Assembly (NCBI GenBank): GCA_002010065.2
Contig: MTMD02000002.1
Span: 64,001 to 128,000 of the forward strand
Direction: 5' to 3'
DNA length: 64,000 bases
Source of the DNA: Candidatus Pyrohabitans jungbluthii
GTDB lineage: Archaea > Hydrothermarchaeota > Hydrothermarchaeia > Hydrothermarchaeales > BMS3B
Shown in pieces: positions 54,875-64,000 of this stretch. Every line of letters begins with the position of its first letter. Positions within the stretch are counted from its first letter, which is position 1. The position numbers and the translations under genes were made by a program. The notes beneath the pieces are model-generated. The model had not been told where the DNA came from. It did not search any database and saw only the letters and a list, made by a program, of their open reading frames with translations.

Positions 54875-56095
54875 TTAGAAAAACTTAGCCCTCGCCTCGC
54901 AGGCGATCCTGCTCAGCACCTCGCGAATGGGTAGCGAGGTTTTCTCGGCGATGCGCCTTGCATCCTCGTACTCTGGCTTCAGGGTCACAACTTTGCCTTT
55001 TTCGTCCAAGCCCAGTTTCACCCTCGCATAGCCCTCGTAGTTTGAGATTCTCACCCTGATTTTCCTGACCTCTCTCCTGAGGGCAAAGCGCATGCTGACC
55101 CTGGAGTACCTCACCCCCAGGGTGCCCAGTTCGCGCATCATCAGCTGAGCGAGCACTTCCTCCTCGCCGAGAGGCGAAATCACCTGGACCACGTAGCCGG
55201 GGCGGTTTTTCTTTGCTACTGTGGGTATAATCTGCACATCCAGCGCTCCCGCCTTGAAGAGCTCTCCCACCGCATTCCCCAGAACCTCGCCAGAGACGTC
55301 GTCAACGCTTGTTTCGAGCAGCGATATCTGCTCCTTCTCCAGCAAGGGCGCTTCGCAGAGGTAAAGCTGGAGCACATTCGGTGCGCTGCTGAGCTGAGCT
55401 GTACCCGCGCCTCTGCCTATGCTCAAAATCTTGGCTACAGGAAGCTCCTCTGAAAACTCCTCCACAAGGCAAGCGAGAATCGCTAGTCCTGTTGGCGTGG
55501 TAAGCTCGCCTTTGTGTCTCTTAAAAAAGGGCACAGCTTTAGCTCTCAGAATCTCCGCAGCCAGGGGCAGGGGCACAGAAAGCTCACCATGCGAGGTTCT
55601 AACCACACCAGAGCCAACATTTACAGGCGTGGAGATTACATTAAAATCTTTAAAAACGCCCAGAGCGTCGAGCAGCGAAGCAGCACCAAGGATGTCGAAT
55701 AGGGTGTCCACACTCCCAAGCTCGTGGAGGTGGGCATGCTGGTCGCAATGAATGCGTGCCTCGCCCTCTATGAGGGTCTCAAGGCATCGCCTGGCAAAGT
55801 CCTTTGCCTCCCTGCTAATCTGACATTTTTCAAGGATTTTTTCCATATAGTATCTGATGTCATCGTAAGATAACCCTTCAAAATCTTCTTCTATATTCAG
55901 CACCACCTGCTTGCACCTGATATTCTTCCTGTTCACATCTCTAAGCTCGAATCTAACTTTTTTCCCTGTCTCGCCCTCAATGAGCTTAACAACCTCTTCC
56001 AGGGCTTCAGAGGGGGCACCTAAGTCCAAAAGTGCGGCGATGAACATATCGCCGCTTATTCCGGCGACGCTCGGGTCTATAAGCAAGAGTTTCAT
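54875..56095 (-). CDS. larC: Nickel insertion protein LarC
   Basis: GISGDM..AL.DLG, HLHELG.VD, EL.TPTG, LETSVDD, KK.RPG, TLGVR, KPEYED. Confidence 0.93.
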   Translation of the reverse strand: MKLLLIDPSVAGISGDMFIAALLDLGAPSEALEEVVKLIEGETGKKVRFELRDVNRKNIRCKQVVLNIEEDFEGLSYDDIRYYMEKILEKCQISREAKDFARRCLETLIEGEARIHCDQHAHLHELGSVDTLFDILGAASLLDALGVFKDFNVISTPVNVGSGVVRTSHGELSVPLPLAAEILRAKAVPFFKRHKGELTTPTGLAILACLVEEFSEELPVAKILSIGRGAGTAQLSSAPNVLQLYLCEAPLLEKEQISLLETSVDDVSGEVLGNAVGELFKAGALDVQIIPTVAKKNRPGYVVQVISPLGEEEVLAQLMMRELGTLGVRYSRVSMRFALRREVRKIRVRISNYEGYARVKLGLDEKGKVVTLKPEYEDARRIAEKTSLPIREVLSRIACEARAKFF

Positions 56096-56604
56096 GGCTG
56101 CTCACGCATGTACTCTTTCGCCAAAGCGTGATAAACCTCGGCGTTTTTCTTTATCGCCTTCACCTCCTCCCTGCTGAGCTCCCTCACAACCTTCGCCGGC
56201 ACACCAAGGATAAGCGAGTTTGGCGGAAAGCTTTTGCCCTCTGTGAGCACAGCGCCAGCGCCCACAAGGCAGTTCTCACCAACATCCACGCCATTCAGCA
56301 CCACAGCGCCCATTCCTATAAGCGAATTGCTCCCAATCCTGCACCCGTGGATGACGCACCCGTGGGCTATGCTCACAAAGTCGCCTATCTCTACTGGAAA
56401 GCCCTTGGAGACATGGATAACTGCGCCGTCCTGCACATTGGAGTACCTGCCTATTTTAATCCTATCCCTATCCCCCCGCAAAACTGCGTTGTACCATACG
56501 CTAGAAAAATCGCCTATCTCCACGTCGCCAATTAGTTGCGCAGATGGAGCTACGAACACATCCTTTCCCAACCTCGGTGAAATCCCTCTGAAGCTCATGA
56601 GCAT
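56092..56604 (-). CDS. Gamma carbonic anhydrase family (YrdA/PaaY-like)
   Basis: Hexapeptide repeats, LRGD, NVQDG.VIH, H...HG. Confidence 0.92.
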   Translation of the reverse strand: MLMSFRGISPRLGKDVFVAPSAQLIGDVEIGDFSSVWYNAVLRGDRDRIKIGRYSNVQDGAVIHVSKGFPVEIGDFVSIAHGCVIHGCRIGSNSLIGMGAVVLNGVDVGENCLVGAGAVLTEGKSFPPNSLILGVPAKVVRELSREEVKAIKKNAEVYHALAKEYMREQP

Positions 56605-56608
56605 GCAA

Positions 56609-57604
56609 TCACTTCCTGAAGCTGGTAATCAGCTTTGGCTTTTTTCCTATTAAAACCATGTCCTCAATCCTTACACCTATCTCCCTATAAACCCCAGGTT
56701 CTACTGTCACCACCATTCCCTCGCGAAGCTCCTCCTTCCCGTGCATGCTTAAGGTAGGAGCCTCGTGCACCTCCAATCCAAGCCCATGTCCCGTGGAATG
56801 CAGAAAGTACTTCTCTAAGCGATACTCCCGCAGCACCTCGCGGGCAGCATTGTCAACCTCACGCACAAGGCTGCCGGCAACGCAATGTTCAATCGCCGCC
56901 CTCTGAGCTTCGAGCACCGCCTCATAAATCTCCTGGAAGGCTTTGCTTTCGGCGAGGGAAAAGCTGCGCGTTATATCGCTTGCGTAGTGCTCAAACCTCG
57001 CCCCCAGGTCGACAATAATCGAAGAAGGCTCAAGGGGAACCGCTTTTGGCGTGTGGTGAGGGATAGCGGAGTTCTCACCTGAGGCGATGATCACATCGAA
57101 GGCAGCATCGGCTTCCCTCTCCAACAGGTACCCAGCGTAGGCGGCAAGTTCCTTCTCACTCTCGGCTTGGGTAAGCCTCTCGGCGACTTTCCCCATTACT
57201 TGCTCTGCTATCCGCGCCGCCTTTTTTATCCTCTTCAGCTCCTCCTTCTCCTTCACCTTCCGCATATCCTCCAAGAACCCTAGGTTAGCCACCTGCCTCC
57301 CTTTAAGATACCTCTCATAGAACTCATAATTGGCGTACCCCTTCTCTATGCCAACTCGCTTACCCTTTATCTGCTTTAACCTTCGTCTGAAGTTCTTGAC
57401 CACCTCCACCTCTACGTTTGAGCCTTCGCTTCGCTTCCCATCCATTGGCGAGACGAGAAGTCTTGGGTTGTCCTCAAGAAGCAGGGCCGCAAAAGCTGAG
57501 GGATAAAAACCGGTGAGGTAGTATATGTTCTGGGGCTTCAGCACTATACCTGTGCTCACCTTTCTCTTCCTAAGCTCCTCAAGGGCTCTCTCAAGGCGGT
57601 TCAT
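56609..57604 (-). CDS. Xaa-Pro aminopeptidase (M24)
   Basis: NSAIPH, DLGA..YASDITR, HSTGHGLGLEVHE, TVEPG.Y, GVRIED. Confidence 0.93.
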   Translation of the reverse strand: MNRLERALEELRKRKVSTGIVLKPQNIYYLTGFYPSAFAALLLEDNPRLLVSPMDGKRSEGSNVEVEVVKNFRRRLKQIKGKRVGIEKGYANYEFYERYLKGRQVANLGFLEDMRKVKEKEELKRIKKAARIAEQVMGKVAERLTQAESEKELAAYAGYLLEREADAAFDVIIASGENSAIPHHTPKAVPLEPSSIIVDLGARFEHYASDITRSFSLAESKAFQEIYEAVLEAQRAAIEHCVAGSLVREVDNAAREVLREYRLEKYFLHSTGHGLGLEVHEAPTLSMHGKEELREGMVVTVEPGVYREIGVRIEDMVLIGKKPKLITSFRK

Positions 57605-57675
57605 GTGAGTTAATTATCTGCGCAGGTTTTTATATATAATCTGAATTGAAAAATTATGCGTTTGACTAAGAGGAC

Positions 57676-58680
57676 TCACCTGAATATCAGCATCGCATCC
57701 CCAAAGCTGTAAAAGCGGTACCTGTGCTTAATCGCCTCCTGGTAAGCCCTGAGAATCCGCTCCCTCCCTGCGAAGGCGCTCACGAGCATTAGAAGCGTAG
57801 AGCGGGGGAGGTGGAAATTGGTTATTAGCCCGGCATAGGGCAGCCTGAACTCGTAGCCAGGGTAGATGAAGAGCGTAGTCGTAGAAACGCCCGGAACAAC
57901 TCCTCCGTCCTGAAAGGCGCTCTCCAGGGCGCGAACAGTCGTCGTACCCACGGCGAAAACCCTGCACCCCTCTTCCAGCGCACGGTTTATCTTCTCTGCC
58001 TCATTGCGGGGTATCTCAAAATGCTCCTCGTGCATTCGATGCTTTTCCACCTCCTCCACCTTCACAGGCAGAAACGTGCCAAGACCAACGTGCAGTGTTA
58101 TGAAAGCAAACTCCACGCCGCGGCTGCGGAGCTCAGCTAAAAGCTCCTGTGTAAAGTGAAACCCTGCGGTGGGTGCGGCGATGCTCCCGTCCTTGCTTGC
58201 ATAAACCGTCTGGTACTCCTCCGGGTTATCTACCCTCCTCTTTATGTACGGCGGGGTTGGCATCTCACCTATCTTCCACATCGCCTGTCTAATATCTCCA
58301 CCACTGAAGCGGACCACAAGTTTACCTTCGCTTTTATTCTCAACCCGAGCATGTATTCCAGAAGGAAATATTATCTCCATGCTCTCCCTCAGCTTGCCCT
58401 TGAAGAGGCACTCCCACAGGTTCTCCTCAAGCTCCTTCACCAGAAGAAGCTCCACCCTGCCGCCAGTGCTCTTCTTCCCCTTAAGGCGCGCAGGAATTAC
58501 GCGAGAATTGTTGAAAACAAGCAGGTCGCCCCTCTCAAGGTAGCGTACTATTTCCCTGAAGATGCGGTGCTCTATATTGTCGCCTCGCAGCACCATTAAC
58601 TTTGAGGCATCCCTCCTTCTAAGGGGCTCCTGGGCGATAAGCTCCTTTGGCAGGGCGTAGTCGAAGTCGCTCAATTTCAT
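57676..58680 (-). CDS. queA: S-adenosylmethionine:tRNA ribosyltransferase-isomerase
   Basis: DFDY.LP.ELIAQ.P, YQTVYA, AAPTAG.HF, LHVG.GTF, VGTT..RALES, TNFHLP.STL, YRFYSFGDAM. Confidence 0.95.
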   Translation of the reverse strand: MKLSDFDYALPKELIAQEPLRRRDASKLMVLRGDNIEHRIFREIVRYLERGDLLVFNNSRVIPARLKGKKSTGGRVELLLVKELEENLWECLFKGKLRESMEIIFPSGIHARVENKSEGKLVVRFSGGDIRQAMWKIGEMPTPPYIKRRVDNPEEYQTVYASKDGSIAAPTAGFHFTQELLAELRSRGVEFAFITLHVGLGTFLPVKVEEVEKHRMHEEHFEIPRNEAEKINRALEEGCRVFAVGTTTVRALESAFQDGGVVPGVSTTTLFIYPGYEFRLPYAGLITNFHLPRSTLLMLVSAFAGRERILRAYQEAIKHRYRFYSFGDAMLIFR

Positions 58681-58861
58681 AGTCAACAAAGGAGAGGTTC
58701 ACGTGGAAAATATATAGTTTAACCTTAATTTTAACAAAACCTCCACCGCAGGATACCGAACAAAACTTTTAAATATTTATTAAATTAATTACACAGGTGG
58801 CTTAGTGGAAGCCCGCTCCGATAATCTGATATTACAAAAAGCTCTGCAGGAGATTGAGAGG

Positions 58862-59554
58862 ATGAAGGAAGTAAGCATTGCCAAGGGTCTGGTAATTCTT
58901 GTTATCCTTTTGAGCATGCTCTCCGTGGCTCATGCCAAGCCAGAGTATGCGGAAAAGACTGGCGAAAGCTGCGTTGTCTGCCATCCCAATGGTCCGCCTG
59001 AACTGGGACCTGCGGGAGAGTACTACAAGGAGCACGGCACCCTCGAAGGCTACGGCGAGCTTCCAGCAGGAGAGCCTGAGCCAGGGGGGAGGTGCAACGT
59101 CTGCCATGCCCAGTTCAAGCCCAACCCCACGCCCCGGGACTTGAGCGCTGCTCCGCGAGAGCCCAACCACAGGTTTGAGTTCAACCACGGCGGCGGCAAG
59201 TTCTGGTGCCTCACCTGCCACAACCCTGTGAACCGCGACACCCTTCGCCTTTTCAACGGGAGCGAAATCCCCTTTGAGGATGCTCCTGAACTATGCGCCC
59301 AGTGCCATGGCGTGATTTACCAAGAGTGGAAGGACCACATCCACGGCAGGTGGGTTGGCAGTATCGAAAGCCCAGAGCCGGATGTTATATGTACAGATTG
59401 CCACAACCCGCATGATCCAGAGTTCAAACCGATTAAGCCAGAGAAGCCGCCGGAGAAGCCTCCAGCTTCAAAGGAGATTCCCAACTATCCGGTATACTCT
59501 TTCATAGTGCTAGCACTAAGCCTTTTGCTTGCTGTGTACGCCGCGTGGAGGTAG
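58862..59554 (+). CDS. Membrane-anchored pentaheme cytochrome c
   Basis: Signal peptide; CxxCH five times (CVVCH, CNVCH, CLTCH, CAQCH, CTDCH); C-terminal TM. Confidence 0.9.
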   Translation: MKEVSIAKGLVILVILLSMLSVAHAKPEYAEKTGESCVVCHPNGPPELGPAGEYYKEHGTLEGYGELPAGEPEPGGRCNVCHAQFKPNPTPRDLSAAPREPNHRFEFNHGGGKFWCLTCHNPVNRDTLRLFNGSEIPFEDAPELCAQCHGVIYQEWKDHIHGRWVGSIESPEPDVICTDCHNPHDPEFKPIKPEKPPEKPPASKEIPNYPVYSFIVLALSLLLAVYAAWR

Positions 59555-59558
59555 AGAG

Positions 59559-60536
59559 ATGGTTGACGAGAGCAGGAGAGACTTCCTCAAAAAAGCGGCT
59601 GCTGGTGCAACCGCAGCTGTTATTCCTTTCGCAAACGTGCGTATCCCAGTAATTGACGTAACCCTCGAGGAGTTCTTCCAGAAACACTACAAAGAGATGA
59701 GTGACGATGACAAGAAGCGCGTTATAGAGCGTCTTAAGAAAGAGTACAAGGAGAAGTACGGTATAGACGCTGAGATAAAGACGACGCCACCAAAGGAAGG
59801 CGTTGTTTGGGGCTACGCGCTCAATATACAGAAGTGCATCGGCTGCAGGCGCTGCGTCTATGCCTGCATGCGGGAGAACAACCAGTCTCGAGCCTCACCT
59901 AAGGATCCGACTAAAAGCGAGATACAGTGGATCCGCGTGCTTGAGATAGAGAAGTTCAAGATTCACCCTGGCGAGGAAGGCAAAGACTTCCGTACTCGCT
60001 TTGGCGAGATTATTGCGGGCGTCAACTTAGAGGAGAATGAGCACTACTACAACCCGGAGCATGTGCCAGAGGAGGATAAATTCTACGTGCCTATCCAGTG
60101 CCAGCAGTGCGAGCGCCCACCCTGTGTGAAGGTGTGCCCAACAAAAGCTACATGGAAGGAGCCTGACGGAATAATCGTGGTGGACTACAACTGGTGCATT
60201 GGCTGCAGATTCTGCCTCGCCGCGTGCCCCTACTGGGCTCGCAGGTTTAACTGGAGCGATCCATATTTACCCAAGGAGGAGATCAACCCCAAGATGCACT
60301 ACCTGGGCAATCGTATCCGCATGCGTGGCGTTGTGGAAAAGTGCACCTTCTGCATACAGCGCACCAGAGAGGGGCGCTACCCCGCGTGCGTGGAAGCTTG
60401 TCCAGTGGGTGCAAGGAAGTTCGGCAACCTGCTTGATCCAGAGAGCGATGTGAGGAAGGTGCTGGAGAAAAAGCGCGTCTTCCGGCTGAAAGAGGAACTC
60501 GGAACGCAGCCGAAATTCTTCTACTTCATGGACTGA
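59559..60536 (+). CDS. Tat-exported 4x[4Fe-4S] protein (NrfC/DsrO/HmeA-like)
   Basis: SRRDFLK Tat motif; CIGCRRCVYAC, CQQC..PPCVKVCP, CIGCRFCLAACPY, KCTFC..PACVEACP. Confidence 0.9.
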   Translation: MVDESRRDFLKKAAAGATAAVIPFANVRIPVIDVTLEEFFQKHYKEMSDDDKKRVIERLKKEYKEKYGIDAEIKTTPPKEGVVWGYALNIQKCIGCRRCVYACMRENNQSRASPKDPTKSEIQWIRVLEIEKFKIHPGEEGKDFRTRFGEIIAGVNLEENEHYYNPEHVPEEDKFYVPIQCQQCERPPCVKVCPTKATWKEPDGIIVVDYNWCIGCRFCLAACPYWARRFNWSDPYLPKEEINPKMHYLGNRIRMRGVVEKCTFCIQRTREGRYPACVEACPVGARKFGNLLDPESDVRKVLEKKRVFRLKEELGTQPKFFYFMD

Positions 60537-60537
60537 G

Positions 60538-61815
60538 GTGATGGAGATGAGCAAGCTAATCGACTTCGTGATAACCTCAATAAAGGTTTCCCTGACAGGA
60601 AGCAAGAAGTACTACGCATGGCTGGCGAGTCTGCTCATAATGGTGCTCTTCGGAGCGTTTTCATATTACTACCAGCTCAAATACGGATTGATAATCACCG
60701 ACATCCGCGACCAAGTGAGCTGGGGTAGCTACATCGCCAACTTCACATTCCTCGTTGGCGTAGCAGCGGCGGCAGTGATGATCGTCTTGCCTGCGTACAT
60801 CTACAACTACAAGGAATTCAAACATATCACCATATTCGGCGAACTCCTCGCTGTTGGAGCTTTGACAATGTGTCTGAGCTTCGTGCTTATTGACCTCGGT
60901 AGGATTGACAGGATGCTCCACATCCTGCCCTTCACAGGTACGCCAAACTGGCCTCAGTCCATGCTCACCTGGGACGTGATTGTGCTCAATGGCTACCTGT
61001 TCCTGAACCTGCTAATCCCGGGCTACCTGCTGTACAAAGCCTACGTTCGCGAGCCTCCACGAAAGTGGATTAAGATATTCATCCTCATCTCCATACCCTG
61101 GGCGATAAGCATCCACACAGTTACGGCGTTTCTCTACGGTGGCTTAGCCGCGAGACCCTTCTGGAACACCGCCGTGATGGCTCCGCGATTCCTTGCAAGC
61201 GCGTTTACAGCAGGACCCGCACTGATGATAATTATCCTCCAGATAGTCAGGCGCTACACATGCATTGGCAAGCCCGGGTGTAAGCTCGTTGTGACGGACA
61301 GAGCGCTCTTCACCCTGGCGCACATCGCTTTAATATCCATGCTGGTCAACCTGTTCTTCCTTGGCTCTGAGATTTACACCGTGGGCTACGCCGCAACCTC
61401 ACACCTTGCGCCGCTGAAGTACCTCTTCTTCGGCCTGGAGCACAACGGCGTACACTATGGCAAACTTCAGCCATACATGTGGGCAGCGATTACAATGGAG
61501 ATAATCGCCGCGATCTTGCTGCTCTTCCCGAAGACCCGCAAGAACTTCACAACGCTCAACATAGCCTGCATCTTCGCCTTCCTCGGCATATGGACAGAGA
61601 AGGGTATGGGCCTCATAATACCAGGCTTTATACCCACGCCCATCGGCGAGATATGGGAGTACTATCCCACACTTATGGAGATAATGATAACCCTCGCCGT
61701 GTGGGCTCTTGGTTTTCTGGTGTACACCCTTCTCCTCAAGGTTGCTATAGCGATAGAAGCCGAGGAAGTGGTGCACCCCAGCGCTAAAGACAAAGAGATG
61801 CCTGAGGCGCACTGA
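60538..61815 (+). CDS. NrfD/DsrP/HmeB-like integral membrane subunit
   Basis: VSWG.YIANFTFLVGVAA, DLGR.DR, S...WD, IHTVTAFL, RPFWN. Confidence 0.9.
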   Translation: MMEMSKLIDFVITSIKVSLTGSKKYYAWLASLLIMVLFGAFSYYYQLKYGLIITDIRDQVSWGSYIANFTFLVGVAAAAVMIVLPAYIYNYKEFKHITIFGELLAVGALTMCLSFVLIDLGRIDRMLHILPFTGTPNWPQSMLTWDVIVLNGYLFLNLLIPGYLLYKAYVREPPRKWIKIFILISIPWAISIHTVTAFLYGGLAARPFWNTAVMAPRFLASAFTAGPALMIIILQIVRRYTCIGKPGCKLVVTDRALFTLAHIALISMLVNLFFLGSEIYTVGYAATSHLAPLKYLFFGLEHNGVHYGKLQPYMWAAITMEIIAAILLLFPKTRKNFTTLNIACIFAFLGIWTEKGMGLIIPGFIPTPIGEIWEYYPTLMEIMITLAVWALGFLVYTLLLKVAIAIEAEEVVHPSAKDKEMPEAH

Positions 61816-61860
61816 GTAGGGGCGCCGCACCCGCCCCTATTACCCCATCCTCACTCACCA
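61816..61860 (+). repeat. GC-rich hairpin repeat, copy 3
   Basis: GTAGGGGCG-ccgcacc-CGCCCCTAT-taccccatcctcactcacca directly after the NrfD-like stop. Confidence 0.75.
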
Positions 61861-61861
61861 A

Positions 61862-62209
61862 CTACCATTTAGAGATTGCTTCTTCCACAGCGTTGACCCA
61901 CTGTTTAACGGCGTTGCGCAAAATCTTCTTTGCCTCTTCCTTGGGCACTGCCTCGTAAAGGTATGCTCTTCCCCTCTCCCGTGTAACCACGCGGCGATAG
62001 GCTAAGCCATAGCCAACCAGATTCTGAAGGGCACGCTGCACTAAGCTGCGGCTTTTGCCTATACGCTCGCTGAGTTCAACTGGCGTACCGGGAGCCTTAA
62101 GCAGCTCAAAGTAAAGCTCAGCCTCCAGGGGGCGAAGCCCGAGCAGACACTGCATTACAAAGTCAACACTGGGCTCGCCCGAGCATATCAAGCTTCTCGC
62201 CTCAAACAT
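61862..62209 (-). CDS. TrmB-like HTH regulator (COG3355-like)
   Basis: CLLGL...E.E.Y..LL, ELSE..GKSRS.VQRALQNL...GL..R, GR.Y.Y. Confidence 0.8.
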   Translation of the reverse strand: MFEARSLICSGEPSVDFVMQCLLGLRPLEAELYFELLKAPGTPVELSERIGKSRSLVQRALQNLVGYGLAYRRVVTRERGRAYLYEAVPKEEAKKILRNAVKQWVNAVEEAISKW

Positions 62210-62233
62210 CGCCAGACCTCTGTTCCCTATATT

Positions 62234-62254
62234 ATGTTCAAATTTGTTGAACAT
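62234..62254. promoter_or_regulatory. 8-bp inverted repeat, probable operator
   Basis: ATGTTCAA-atttg-TTGAACAT in the divergent regulator/thioredoxin promoter. Confidence 0.6.
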
Positions 62255-62324
62255 GTTACAATATATTTAAACTCTTGAAAATAATTCCGTGATGAAAGGA
62301 TATATAACTATCGCAGGTGATTGA

Positions 62325-62708
62325 ATGAAGAAGCTTCTAGCGATAAGCCTTGTGCTGCTCATCCTCGCAAGCGGATGCACCAGCAAAGGCGGAGGAGGCA
62401 ATGCCGAGGAGGAGCTTGCAGCGGCGCTGCACTCGGGCAAGCCCACGCTGGTGATGTTTTATGCCACCTGGTGCAATCCGTGCAAGCTGGAAAAGCCGAT
62501 CATAGGCGAGATTCAGCTGGAGTATGGTAGCAGGGTGAACGTTGTTTACGTGGATGTGGACAGGTATCCTAGGCTTGTTTCCCACTACGGCATTCGCGGT
62601 ACGCCCACAATGATGTTCTTCGACTCTAAGGGTAGGCCCGTAAAAACCTTTGTGGGCTACACCCCAAAACCCCAGCTGGTAGCAACCTTAGAAGCGCTGA
62701 TGAGGTGA
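62325..62708 (+). CDS. Lipoprotein thioredoxin
   Basis: LILASGC lipobox; FYATWCNPCK; GTPT. Confidence 0.88.
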   Translation: MKKLLAISLVLLILASGCTSKGGGGNAEEELAAALHSGKPTLVMFYATWCNPCKLEKPIIGEIQLEYGSRVNVVYVDVDRYPRLVSHYGIRGTPTMMFFDSKGRPVKTFVGYTPKPQLVATLEALMR

Positions 62709-63115
62709 TGGCAATGGATGAGATAGAGGCGATAAAGAGGAAGAAGCTTGAGAAAATGCTCCTCCGCGCATCTCAGCCTAAGGTGGAGTACCCCTCCTCC
62801 CCAGTGTATGTGAACGAGGCAACCCTCGCTGAGACTGTGCAGAAGTATCCCTTAGTGCTCGTGGACTTTTACGCCGACTGGTGCCAGCCGTGCAAAATGC
62901 TCGCGCCCATAATCGACGAACTCGCCGCTGAGCTTAAAGGCAAGGTGGTGTTTGCAAAGATAAACGTGGACCAGAATCCCAGGGCGGCGATGCAGTACCA
63001 GGCGATGAGCATACCAACGCTTGTGCTCTTCAAGAACGGCAAACCCGTGGATCGTATGGTCGGAGCCATGCCAAAGCAGATGCTCCTAGCAAGACTAAAG
63101 CGCTTCCTGGGGTAA
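62705..63115 (+). CDS. trxA: Thioredoxin
   Basis: DFYADWCQPCK, SIPTL, VGA. Confidence 0.92.
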   Translation: MMAMDEIEAIKRKKLEKMLLRASQPKVEYPSSPVYVNEATLAETVQKYPLVLVDFYADWCQPCKMLAPIIDELAAELKGKVVFAKINVDQNPRAAMQYQAMSIPTLVLFKNGKPVDRMVGAMPKQMLLARLKRFLG

Positions 63116-63547
63116 CCTCCTCTTTAGCATGTAAATCCCACCGGCAAGAGGAAAAGCCAGAGTGCACAGCAGGTAAACCTGCCCCGGGGTAAGGATATAG
63201 AGGAGGGGATTGCTCTCAAAGGGGAACAATGGCGTCATATCTTCATAGAGTAGGGAATCCAGAAGCACGTGAGACCAGGTTCCCAAGAGGGCGCCTAGGT
63301 AAAGGCTTGGGAGGTGCTCCCTTCTAAGCAGGTGCATTGTCAGTGCTAAGGCAGCGGCGATCAGCGCAGCTACCGCATACGTGTGGCTCAGCCCGTGAAG
63401 CGCAAAGGGCATGCCCAGAAAGAGCACCACAAAGGGTTGCACATCCAGCACGACGCTTCCTATAAGCAGAGACCCTGCGCTCACCCTCCCCCTGAAAAGC
63501 ACTGCCATGAGTAGCGCAGGCCCAAGGTGGAAGGGTGTAATGGGCAT
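63095..63547 (-). CDS. Membrane metal-dependent hydrolase (DUF4184/YdjM-like)
   Basis: MPITPFHLGP, HG.SHT, SHVLLD, P.FPF. Confidence 0.8.
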   Translation of the reverse strand: MPITPFHLGPALLMAVLFRGRVSAGSLLIGSVVLDVQPFVVLFLGMPFALHGLSHTYAVAALIAAALALTMHLLRREHLPSLYLGALLGTWSHVLLDSLLYEDMTPLFPFESNPLLYILTPGQVYLLCTLAFPLAGGIYMLKRRLPQEAL

Positions 63548-63578
63548 GATTAATATACCACCCAGCCCAACTTAAACC

Positions 63579-64000
63579 ATGCGCTTTTTGCCTTTCTACA
63601 AGGTGAGTGCCTTCTCCAAGAAGCCCTACGCCGGTAACCCCGCGGCAGTGGTGCTGAACGCTGAAGCGCTTGGCGATGATACCATGCTCACTATAGCGCG
63701 CGATGCGAATGTGACAGAGACCTGCTTCCTCTCTACCTCGGAGAAGGCTGACTTTAAGGCGAGGTACTTCACGCCAACGCAGGAGGTTGACCTCTGCGGG
63801 CACGCCACAATCGCAAGCATTCACGTGCTGGTAGAGCAGGGGATAATTAAACCCGAAGATAAGGTGCAGTTAACCCTTGAAACCCTTGCGGGCGTGCTTG
63901 AGGTGGAGGTGGAGAGACGCAGTGATGGCTTTCTGGTATGGCTCACCCAAGCAGAGCCAAGGTTTACTCCTGCGTCCATAGAAAAAAGTGAGGCTGCGTC
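63579..64000 (+). CDS. PhzF family epimerase, 3'-truncated by the window
   Basis: V.AF..PYAGNPAAVV, ETCF, RYFTPTQEVDLCGHATIA. Confidence 0.9.
   Translation, partial: MRFLPFYKVSAFSKKPYAGNPAAVVLNAEALGDDTMLTIARDANVTETCFLSTSEKADFKARYFTPTQEVDLCGHATIASIHVLVEQGIIKPEDKVQLTLETLAGVLEVEVERRSDGFLVWLTQAEPRFTPASIEKSEAA

Noticed and set aside
1-64000. CRISPR array, rRNA, transposase or integrase
   Set aside because: No regularly spaced repeats with unique spacers, no rRNA-like tract and no DDE/HUH/tyrosine-recombinase motifs were recognised.

Overview
Gene-dense 64-kb stretch of an anaerobic archaeal chromosome. Archaeal markers include TFB, Gar1, aRF1, uL16/L10e, archaeal-type ThrRS and an ADP-dependent kinase, and many genes have Shine-Dalgarno-like GGAGG/GGTGA leaders. 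A euryarchaeal lineage such as Hydrothermarchaeota is plausible but is only an inference. The window holds housekeeping genes (thrS, argS, purM, pyrH, argJ, rpl10e, tfb), one tRNA-Cys(GCA), a korDABC operon, heme and cytochrome c machinery (ahbD, ccmABC-D-E-X-F), a DsrM/DsrK-like pair, a pentaheme cytochrome/Fe-S/NrfD module, larB/larC and a bacterial-type queA. The best candidate for an undescribed system is a co-oriented sulfur/Fe-S cluster at 17.2-23.6 kb. There, canonical IscS and IscU sit beside an IscS paralog with Arg in place of the PLP lysine, a divergent IscU with four Cys, TusA and a NadA-fold Fe-S protein with a rewritten active site. A TetR-controlled DsrE-TusA-DsbA unit and tRNA-Cys follow. 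Other notable signals are a GC-rich hairpin repeat found three times directly after stop codons, a duplicated multi-hairpin non-coding element at 40.0-40.3 kb, and several micro-ORFs missed by the ORF track. No CRISPR array, rRNA or transposase was seen. All family calls come from motif recognition by eye; no database searches were run.
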